A DNA stretch of 64,000 bases from Antedon mediterranea (taxonomy: Eukaryota; Animalia; Echinodermata): positions 1 to 64,000 of the forward strand of contig NC_092672.1 in assembly GCF_964355755.1 (NCBI RefSeq). The letters run 5' to 3'. Positions 40,601-52,600 of the stretch are shown piece after piece (position 1 is the stretch's first letter; each line of letters opens with the position of its first letter). The position numbers and the translations under genes are program-made. Under the pieces are notes generated by a model. It was not told the origin of the DNA. It saw nothing but the letters and a program-made list of their open reading frames with translations, and ran no database searches.

Positions 40601-43600
40601 AAATATGGTATAGAAACAGACCGCAGTAATAATACCTTATGAAGTTAAAATATGGTATAGAAACAGACCGCAGTAATAATACCTTATTAAGTTAAAATAT
40701 GGTATAGAAACAGACCGCAGTAATAATACCTTATTAAGTTAAAATATGGTATAGAAACAGACCGCAGTAATAATACCTTATGAAGTTAAAATATGGTATA
40801 GAAACAGACCGCAGTAATAATACCTTATGAAGTTAAAATATGGTATAGAAACAGACCGCAGTAATAATACCTTATGAAGTTAAAATATGGTATAGAAACA
40901 GACCGCAGTAATAATACCTTATGAAGTTAAAATATGGTATAGAAACAGACCGCAGTAATAATACCTTATGAAGTTAAAATATGGTATAGAAACAGACCGC
41001 AGTAATAATACCTTATGAAGTTAAAATATGGTATAGAAACAGACAGCAGTAATAATACCTTATGAAGTTAAAATATGGTATAGAAACAGACAGCAGTAAT
41101 AATACCTTATGAAGTTAAAATATGGTATAGAAACAGACCGCAGTAATAATACCTTATGAAGTTAAAATATGGTATAGAAACAGACAGCAGTAATAATACC
41201 TTATGAAGTTAAAATATGGTATAGAAACAGACAGCAGTAATAATACCTTATGAAGTTAAAATATGGTATAGAAACAGACCGCAGTAATAATACCTTATGA
41301 AGTTAAAATATGGTATAGAAACAGACCGCAGTAATAATACCTTATTAAGTTAAAATATGGTATAGAAACAGACCGCAGTAATAATACCTTATGAAGTTAA
41401 AATATGGTATAGAAACAGACAGCAGTAATAATACCTTATGAAGTTAAAATATGGTATAGAAACAGACAGCAGTAATAATACCTTATTAAGTTAAAATATG
41501 GTATAGAAACAGACTGCAGTAATAATACCTTATGAAGTTAAAATATGGTATAGAAACAGACCGCAGTAATAATACCTTATTAAGTTAAAATATGGTATAG
41601 AAACAGACCGCAGTAATAATACCTTATGAAGTTCAACTGTCACTGTTCCTGTTGATGACTGACACTTAAACGATTCTGCTTCTATCTTTTTTACTTTTCC
41701 ACTTTTAAAACCAAGATCTGGAATGAATATACAAACATTTTGTGTTTAAATTCAGAAAGGTGGCAAACACAAGATTCTCTACATAATATTAAAGTTCACA
41801 ATTCTATGTATGCAAGATTTGTTATGTGGTGTAATACAATTTATGTGGAGTTTAAAGTAAATATATTTTAAATTTACTTTAATTTCTTTAAGGTAGAGAG
41901 AATGTTGCAACACATATCAGCAGCAAAAGGTTTAGTAAAGAATTATAAATGACTTAAAGTAGAGAAACTATAAAGGGGTTTACAGCATTAAGGTAACATA
42001 ATAACTATTAAAATTCATTAATACTGTAAATGTAAACACTGACAAAAATGCTGATGAATTACCTAGAATTCCCATATCCCATTTTCCATCTTTTTTGACA
42101 TTGTTGAGAATCTCATCTAAAGTGTCCATAAAGTGTTTAAATAACTGGTTTTGTAATTTCACCTCTAAACCAAGAATTCGATTAAGAAAAACTGAAACTT
42201 CATTACATCCTGAAAAATAAAAACATTTTTTGTAAAGATTAAATACTTTTTTATTTTTGTAATTAGGAGGGTTATAAATTCTTCTTGTATGACTTTTTAC
42301 CTTTTTCAATTGTATATGTAGGCCTTCTGTAGCTAGCCATAGTTGAAATCATTCCAACCCCAGCAAGCCCTTCCTTTACACCTAAAAAAGCAATTATACA
42401 AGTTCACATCCAATCCAAATATCCTAATCACTATATATCAAGAACGTAATACAGTTTATAACTCTCTTTTTAACCTTTAAGAGGACTTCTAACATGCTCT
42501 TATATGTATTACTCCATACCAAGTTACCATATTGAACAAAGCTAGGGTTACACAGATTGATTGAGGAAAGAATTCCAGTTCCAGTACACCTTTTTGATAA
42601 TGCTGAATGTGAGATTTTCATTTAGGAGAGCTAAATACTTACTTTCAAGAAATTGTTCATTTGGAAATGGAACCAGTCCTTCTTCTTGACCCACTATTTG
42701 TTTTAAGACATTGTCAAGAGCTTGTCGACCATACTGATAAAAAAGAATATTTAATCTTTGTAGTAAACTCATAACATGATGTTTTTTAATTATAACTTAA
42801 ATTTAATTTATACAATACATCTTAAAAGAAACACTTATCATACTTACTTTATTGTTTATATTAAAGCTTGTTAGGTCAGTAGAGTTTGTGGCACAATACA
42901 TCATACAAACACTTATCATACTTACTTTATTGTTTATATTAAAGCTTGTTAGGTCTGTAGAGTTTGTAGCACGTCTATCTCCATGTGTTAAAGCTCCCTG
43001 AAAATTGGTGACAAATAATACAAGAAAAATAGATGAAAGATTTTAGCACTACTGTAACCAAAATTAATCTATATTTATTTCAATTTTTTAATGATTATTA
43101 TACATATATTGACTGCTTAGAGGTTAAATATAAGATTTTACATCCCGAGGGAATGATATTTTGTTCGAGGGAATATATTCCCTCGAACAATATATCATTT
43201 CCAAGGGGTTGTCAAATCTTATATTTTACCGATATAAAAGGCAATATCTGTTATATTACATGGCCAACAACAAGTTGAATGTAACTGCTGGGTCGGGTGT
43301 AGCTAGGCCTACTTTGTAATAAGCCTGCCTAGGCTAGTTAGGCGTTGCATTCACCTTAATAATATAGTCATAGTCATATATACTTTATTGTCCATTTAAA
43401 AAACAGAAATGTGATTTGAAAACTGGCAAAATACAAAAATATAAAATATAATTAAAACACACACAAAAAGTTAAGAGGCTAAAATTGTTAAAATTAGATA
43501 AAAATTATCGGTTACATTTTACCTTTGTACTCTGGAGTTATATAAGTGTATAGCATAAGTACAAACGAGCACCTAAACCGTTTTGTTTTGGTAGTAAGTG

Positions 43601-46600
43601 CACGTAGTCTTATGCCAGAATTCATGAGAGAAAATTGTTTGTGAAGAGGATGTGTTTCATCATCAATGATACTTTTTACTTTTTTTAACACATTTTCTTT
43701 ATACAAGGATTCAACATCAGGTAAGTGCTCTCCTACTAGTCTAATTGCTCTATTTCCTATTCGATTAAGTTTAATTTTATCTTTTTGCATTGTATTACCA
43801 TAAAAACAAACATTACAAAAAAGTATTACACTGAGAATTACAGAGTTATAAAACAATTTAAGTATAGTTTTGTCAATTTGTAGGTACTTCATTTTTCTTA
43901 AAATAAACATCCTTTGGTTGGCTTTGCATGTGGCTTTATTTACATTATTTATCCAATTTAGCTTATTGTCAATTATACAACCCAGATATTTGTACTCATT
44001 TACTACTTCAATCTCATTTTCATTTATAATCAGAGATAATAATATACAGATAATTACTAATTAATGATTCCTTGGCAATAAAATATGCACTTAGGCCTAG
44101 GTCGTTTAAATTAACAGAAGAATTTCCATCAATAAGCCTACATTAATAATAATAATATTATCAGGTAGGCCGAATAAATAATAATTCTTCCTCTTCGAGG
44201 ACCTGAATCACCAGATGTTCAACGCGTCGCGCGTACCGAGTTACTACTGTGAGTATTAACCAATCACAAACAGTCTTTCATCACATCTAAGGAGGACTAA
44301 TAACAAATGAGGGCGCTATGTATGCATAGTTTAAATAGTTAAGTTTTTTATTTTTTTTTATTTTTTCAAGCAATAATAATAGTCACAGCCACGCCACACG
44401 CAAGCAAGTTGCGTGGCGCATCGGATGAAGCGTTGTCCTGTGATGGAGTGACAATTCATCGCAAGTTTAAGACCCAGTAGATGAATTTTGTTTATTTATC
44501 GCCAAACGCGAGTGTTGTCAAACAAAAATTACACAGTCAATATCATCGTACTCGAGAATTTCCTGAATTTTATATATGTTTAAAGACAGGCAGGCCCGTA
44601 GCCAGGGGGGGTTTTATGGTTCGGGCGAACCCCCCCTTTACAGCGAACCCCCCTTAACCAACTGCGAACCCCCATCCCCGACATGCCCAATACCTCACCC
44701 TCATCTCCAAAAATCCTCCAAATACGTGCCCCACAGTACAAAAAGTTGTTTGTAAATTGAAAAATTCGTAAACTTGTTCATGAACGTTCTTCTCTGTATG
44801 AGTGTCAACTAGTGATACGTGTCTGTAAATTTCTAAAAGCTGCAAATGAATTGCCGATTTTAACCTGAAAAATAAATGTTTGGTCCCTGCATGTAACATG
44901 ATACTGACGCGTCTCATAGCGAGCTGGCGCACGAACGATTCGTACAAAGGACACCGCCAGACAAACTGCGTACCTATAATTGTTTAGATCACTGGCAGTC
45001 AGGCAGCATGCATAAAGTATATAGCCTTCCGACGTACATCAGTATTTATGTGTGACTATGAAGTATAATGTATCATAGAGGATTATAGTGAATATTAATA
45101 TTTTACACTATAATATCTATGGTATCAAGTACTGTAGTTCACATTATGGCATCCGATTATTTTTTTCTAGACCACCAGCCGATACGTACTAAAATGTATC
45201 AATATCACCTATTTACATATTTATATTCCTCAACAAATTTCTGTAGATAAATATTATAGATAGAGCTAGCAAATAGCATTTGCCTTCGCCCAGTGTGCTT
45301 TTTTCGGGGCTGCTCCTAGATATACGTTCGCATTGAACTTGAACGCAAAACAAAATACGGAGTAAATGATCAAACAATCGGCGGTTCCGCACAGAGCACG
45401 CGCATCTAACATACGGCAACAAATAGTTATCGTCATTTAAATTATCGACGTGTTTGAGGAGGAAAAAAGTACGATCTTTTTGCTCATTGGTTATATAGCA
45501 TGCTGCACGAGAGTGTCTTTTCCGGCCATCTAGGGGTGTCATTTAACAAAATTCGCTTCGCATCAGGCTGGGGGAGGGGGGGGGGTTGACCCAAATATTT
45601 AGGGTCCGAACCCCCCCTTGACAGATCCTGGCTACGGCCCTGACAGGGACACGATAATTACGTGAAAATTACTGGGTCAATATCATCGTACTCGAGGATA
45701 TATACGATTTACGATCCTTGCAGCAGTATTCATGTGATGCAGTTTAACCAATCACGTTCACGTATTTACATAGGCTATGTAATATAAAGATAATTATTAC
45801 CTACCAGATTTTCAAGTCTCTTAGCAACAATGGAGGCAAATCTCTTCTCCCCAGCAAATCCTGAAATCAGGAAAACATATTCAGGGGAAGAAACTTGATT
45901 GGACCGATGCGTTCGACCTACAGACACAAACAAAAAAACATTTTTTATTATCTGGGACAAACAAACTTGTGAAAAACAAAATTCTACATAGCAACACAAA
46001 CCATTGCGATGCATCTAAGGAGACATTTTTGCTTTATTCACTTCATCATAATTTGTTTAAACGTACCAAACTGCTGAATTGCTCTATCTGCACTCCATGG
46101 CAACTCTAGCATCATGTGGACTCTTCTTCTTCTGTTGGGTACTCTTTTGTCAGCTTGGAGTGAAATTCCAGAGCTTGCAGCCTCTGATATTACAGCAACA
46201 AACTAGGCAGACATTTAATTAAACATATACATATACCAAAATGTTATATATTTTATTTATTTTTTTTTTTACAATTTCAACTCCATTGTTATCTTATACA
46301 CATTTAACACTGCTTATCTCTGAGTTATCAAACTTTTCTTTTTTCGTTCAAAACATTGACAAACTTTTTTTTTGCAAACATGGAACACATGCAGATTAAA
46401 TTTCTGAGACTTAACCGAAAGTTGGTAACATTTGGGAGAAATATTAATCTAGTAAGAAAACCCATACATGGCTTATTTGAAGAGAGACTATTGAATGTTA
46501 GGCAATCTAGTGAGAAAAACCCATACACGGCTTATTTGAAGAAAGACTATTGAATGTTAGGCAATCTAGAAGGAAAAACCCATACATGGCTTATTTGAAG

Positions 46601-49600
46601 AGAGACTATTGAATGTTAGGAAATCTAGTAGGAAAAACCCATACACGGCTTTATTTGAAGTGAGATTATTGAATGTTAGGCAATCTAGTAGGAAAAACCC
46701 ATACACGGCTTATTTGAAGAAAGACTATTGAATGTTAGGCAATCTAGTAGGAAAAACCCATACACAGCTTATTTAAAGAGAGACTATTGAATGTTAGGCA
46801 ATCTAGTAGGAAAAACCCATACACGGCTTATTTGAAGAGAGATTATTGAATATTAGGAAATCTAGTAGGAAAAACCCATACATGGCTTATTTGAAGAGAG
46901 ATTATTGAATGTTAGGCAATCTAGTAGGAAAAACCCATACATGGCTTATTTGAAGAGAGATTATTGAATGTTAGGCAATCTATTAGGAAAAAACCATACA
47001 TGGCTTATTTGAAGAGACTCAGAGATTATTGAATGTTAGGCAATCAAGTAGGAAAAACCCATACATGGCTTATTTGAAGAGAGATTATTGAATGTTAGGC
47101 AATCTAGTAGGAAAAACCCATACATGGCTTATTTGAAGAGAGACTATTGAATGTTAGGCAATCTAGTAGGAAAAAACCATACATGGCTTATTTGAAGAGA
47201 GATTATTGAATGTTAGGCAATCTAGTACGAAAAACCCATACATGGCTTATTTGAAGTGAGATTATTGAATGTTAGGCAATCTAGTAGGAAAAACCCATAC
47301 ACGGCTTATTTGAAGAAAGACTATTGAATGTTAGGCAATCTAGTAGGAAAAACCCATACATGGCTTATTTGAAGAGAGACTATTGAATGTTAGGCAATCT
47401 AGTAAGAAAAACCCATACATGGCTTATTTGAAGAAAGACTATTGAATGTTAGGCAATCTAGTAGGAAAAACCCATACATGGCTTATTTGAAGATAGACTA
47501 TTGAATGTTAGGCAATCTAGTAGGAAAAACCCATACATTGCTTATTTGAAGATAGACTATTGAATGTTAGGCAATCTAGTAAGAAAAACCCATACATGGC
47601 TTATTTGAAAAAAAGACTATTGAATGTTAGGCAATCTAGTAGAAAAAACCCATACATGGCTTATTTGAAGAGAGACTATTGAATGTTAGGAAATCTAGTA
47701 GGAAAAACCCATACATGGCTTATTTGAAAAAAAGACTATTGAATGTTAGGCAATCTAGTAGAAAAAACCCATACATGGCTTATTTGAAGAGAGACTATTG
47801 AATGTTAGGAAATCTAGTAGGAAAAACCCATACATGGCTTATTTGAAAAAAAGACTATTGAATGTTAGGCAATCTAGTAGAAAAAACCCATACATGGCTT
47901 ATTTGAAGAGAGACTATTGAATATTAGGAAATCTAGTAGGAAAAACCCATACACGGCTTATTTGAAGAGAGATTATTGAATGTTAGGCAATCTAGTAGGA
48001 AAAACCCATACATGGCTTATTTGAAGAGAGATTATTGAATGTTAGGAAATCTAGTAGGAAAAACCCATACACGGCTTATTTGAAGAGAGACTATTGAATG
48101 TTAGGCAATCTAGTAGGAAAAACCCATACATGGCTTATTTGAAGAGAGATTATTGAATGTTAGGCAATCTAGTAGGAAAAAACCATACATGGCTTATTTG
48201 AAGAGAGACTATTGAATGTTAGGCAATCTAGTAGGAAAAACCCATACATGGCTTATTTGAAGAGAGATTATTGAATGTTAGGCAATCTAGTAGGAAAAAC
48301 CCATACATGGCTTATTTGAAGAGAGACTATTGAATGTTAGGAAATCTAGTAGTAAAAACCCATACATGGCTTATTTGAAGTGTGACTATTGAATGTTAGG
48401 AAATCTAGTAGGAAAAACCCATACATGGCTTATTTGAAGAGAGATTATTGAATGTTAGGCAATCTAGTAGGAAAAACCCATACATGGCTTATTTGAAGAG
48501 AGATTATTGAATGTTAGGCAATCTAGTAGGAAAAACCCATACATGGCTTATTTGAAGTGAGATTATTGAATGTTAGGCAATCTAGTAGGAAAAACCCATA
48601 CATGGCTTATTTGAAGTGAGACTATTGAATGTTAGGAAATCTAGTAGGAAAAACCCATACATGGCTTATTTGAAGAGAGATTATTGAATGTTAGGCAATC
48701 TATTAGGAAAAACCCATACATGGCTTATTTGAAGAGAGATTATTGAATGTTAGGCAATCTATTAGGAAAAACCCATACATGGCTTATTTGAAGAGAGATT
48801 ATTGAATGTTAGGCAACCTAGTAGGAAAAACCCATACATGGCTTATTTGAAGTGAGATTATTGAATGTTAGGCAATCTAGTAGGAAAAACCCATACATGG
48901 CTTATTTGAAGAGAGACTATTGAATGTTAGGAAATCTAGTAGTAAAAACCCATACATGGCTTATTTGAAGTGAGACTATTGAATGTTAGGAAATCTAGTA
49001 GGAAAAACCCATACATGGCTTATTTGAAGAGAGATTATTGAATGTTAGGCAATCTAGTAGGAAAAACCCATACATGGCTTATTTGAAGAGAGATTATTGA
49101 ATGTTAGGCAATCTAGTAGGAAAAACCCATACATGGCTTATTTGAAGTGAGATTATTGAATGTTAGGCAATCTAGTAGGAAAAACCCATACATGGCTTAT
49201 TTGAAGTGAGACTATTGAATGTTAGGAAATCTAGTAGGAAAAACCCATACATGGCTTATTTGAAGAGAGATTATTGAATGTTAGGCAATCTATTAGGAAA
49301 AACCCATACATGGCTTATTTGAAGAGAGATTATTGAATGTTAGGCAACCTAGTAGGAAAAACCCATACATGGCTTATTTGAAGTGAGATTATTGAATGTT
49401 AGGCAATCTAGTAGGAAAAACCCATACATGGCTTATTTGAAGTGAGACTATTGAATGTTAGGAAATCTAGTAGGAAAAACCCATACATGGCTTATTTGAA
49501 GAGAGACTATTGAATGTTAGGAAATCTAGTAGGAAAAACCCATACACGGCTTATTTGAAGAGAGACTATTGAATGTTAGGAAATCTAGTAGGAAAAACCC

Positions 49601-52600
49601 ATACACGGCTTATTTGAAGTGAGATTATTGAATATTAGGCAATCTAGTAGGAAAAACCCATACACGGCTTATTTGAAGAGAGATTATTGAATGTTGATTG
49701 TTAAAATTGTAAAACTAAACTGACCTTCTCTCCTTTCATAAAACAGTCCTTCTCAAATATGTTGACCTTATCGATATTTTCACTTCTTGGTTTGTATAAA
49801 AATTTACTGTTATCACGTACGATCCTATGCTTACGACCGGTCATCTGCAAAATATGTACAATTTTATGCACTGCACAGACTTGCGATAACAAATTAACTG
49901 GATTTAAGGGTCTTGATCTGGAACTGTGCGAGAACAGGTGTGAAAGACCCTTAAAAACAGGAAATAATAGGTAATTTAACTAACCTCGGCAACACTTGCA
50001 GGACCACCTAATTCATCAATCAGTGTATCTAGTGTATTGCAAGGAAGCTCAATTTTTTCTAGGTCATCTAATAGTTCTTGTCTCATCTTTTGTATATCTT
50101 TATTGTCTTGTTTTATGCTGGGAGATGAGGATCTAGTTAAGCGAGCACCAACTGTAAATACAAAATTCAAAATGTTTTAGTCAAAGATTTTAATACCATA
50201 GATAGTTTTTTTTTAGTGATGTAAGTGTAAACAATAAGACACCATACCTTCACAATTTTGAAACAACTTTGGAAATTCATTCTTCCTTGAAGGTTTAGGA
50301 AATTCATCTTCCGAATCACTTGAAAGTGTTATGATTTCAGGACTATAAGTACACTTCATTAATTTGTTATCATTTTCTCTTAATTCATCAACAAATGCTT
50401 TTCGTTTCCGTGACCTCTCTCCACTTTCTTCATCTTGACTGAAATTGGCTGGTGATAGGTTACTACCAGTGTCACTAAATTCCAGGTCTGGTAAAATCTT
50501 GTGATCTGAGCAAGGGAAATGCCTCTCTATTAATGTTCGAAGTATACCTCTGAAATTAAACACAAGAAGAATGCAAATACTTAAATCTAGTGTAAACAGC
50601 AAATAACCACATTTTAGTTAGTTTCATGAATTTAAAGGTCAAACATGTCATCTGGAATAATTGGGGTTTATTTTGACACAAATTTGTAACATGTTTAACC
50701 ATACATACTTTGCTGATGACACAAAACTTGTTAATTGGTTACCAGCTGATTTCACAGCATCTATTGTCCGAGCCTCACCCGTTGATTGAAGACCTATTAC
50801 TACACACTGCAAACAGAATTAATGAAAATTAACAACATTTATTGGTGTAGCACTGTACTGAATAATAATATTCTACATTTGAAACTATACTTGGAAAATA
50901 AACAATTTTGATATATGCACACATTAAAAATATAGTAGTTTCATCAAATGTTACTAAAGTGATTCTTTTCTGGAAAACATTTAACTACCTACCTTATCAT
51001 TTTGTATTGCTTTAGAAGTTTGTTCAATAACTGAGGCAACTTTGGAAGCTATGCACATACTACGAAAGAAACGTTGATGGTCAGCCCAGAATTGAGCCCA
51101 TGGCGGTCGTGATTTCTGACCTGGGTCAAACACACGCAGATCCAGTGCTTCCTGAAAATATTTTCTTGCTTTAATCCACTGGAAGCAAAAAAGTCAAAAA
51201 GGACATTGTTACTCAGTAGATAATACTGTTAATAAATACCACACAACTTGAGTTATAAACATAGGAAAAGGACATTGTTACTCAGTAGATAATACTGTTA
51301 ATAAATACCACACAACTTGAGTTATAAACATAGGAAACAGTCTGTTTCAGATTTTGAGCTGAATATAATTTACTTTGTGAATTGTGAATGTGTCATTTTA
51401 ATATTATATCAAAGGAAATAAAGTCCACAATTTTTACTTCTGATTTACAAAAATAAGGAACACTTACCCAATGAACTGATTGGTTGTAGACTTCAGTAAA
51501 CTTTTGTGAGAGGGCAACCTCATGAATTTTGAAGGACACACCTTGGAAACTAAGCTGTCTTGCCATATACATGCCCCTAAGCTTCATTTCCATTGGGACT
51601 AGCTCCATTCCACGCACACCCCTAAATAAAGAATGCTAAATAATAAATTCCTCTGAAAGGTCAATTAAGCTGTCTTGCCATAATACATGCCCCTAAGCTT
51701 CATTTCTATTGGGACTAGCTCCATTCCACACACACACACCTTAATACAGAATGCTAAATAATAAATTCCTCAGACAGGTTAACTAAGCTGTCTTGCCATA
51801 TACATGCCCCTAAGCTTCATTTCCATTGGGACTAGCTCCATTCCACGCACACCCCTAAATAAAGAATGCTAAATAATAAATTCCTCAGACAGGTCAACTA
51901 AGCTGTCTTGCCATATATATGCCCCTAAGCTTCATTTCCATTGGGACTAGCTCCATTCCACGCACACCCCTAAATAAAGAATTCTAAATAATAAATTCCT
52001 CAGACAGGTCAACTAAGCTGTCTTGCCATATATATGCCCCTAAGCTTCATTTCCATTGGGACTAGCTCCATTCCACGCACACCCCTAAATAAAGAATGCT
52101 AAATAATAAATTCCTCTGACAGGTCAACTAAGCTGTCTTGCCATACATGCCCCTAAGCTTCATTTCCATTGGGACTAGCTCCATTCCACGCACACCCCTA
52201 AATAAAGAATTCTAAATAATAAATTCCTCAGACAGGTCAACTAAGCTGTCTTGCCATATATGCCCCTAAGCTTCATTTCCATTGGGACTAGCTCCATTCC
52301 ACGCACACCCCTAAATAAAGAATGCTAAATAATAAATTCCTCTGACAGGTCAACTGAGCTGTCTTGCCAAATACATGCCCCTAAGCTTCATTTCCATTCG
52401 GACTAGCTCCATTCCACGCACACCCCTAAATAAAGAATTCTAAATAATAAATTCCTCAGACAGGTCAACTAAGCTGTCTTGCCATATACATGCCCCTAAG
52501 CTTCATTTCCATTGGGACTAGCTCCATTCCACGCACACCCCTAAATAAAGAATGCTAAATAATAAATTCCTCAGACAGGTCAACTAAGCTGTCTTGCCAT

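Larger units (their letters stand above)
43100..45788. mobile_element. Putative non-autonomous hairpin-bearing element (possibly Crypton-like) hosting two insertions; boundaries uncertain
   Basis: About 100-bp imperfect palindrome at 43126-43226 and a CCAATCAC-containing end near 45748-45788. The family assignment rests on resemblance only. Confidence 0.35.
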
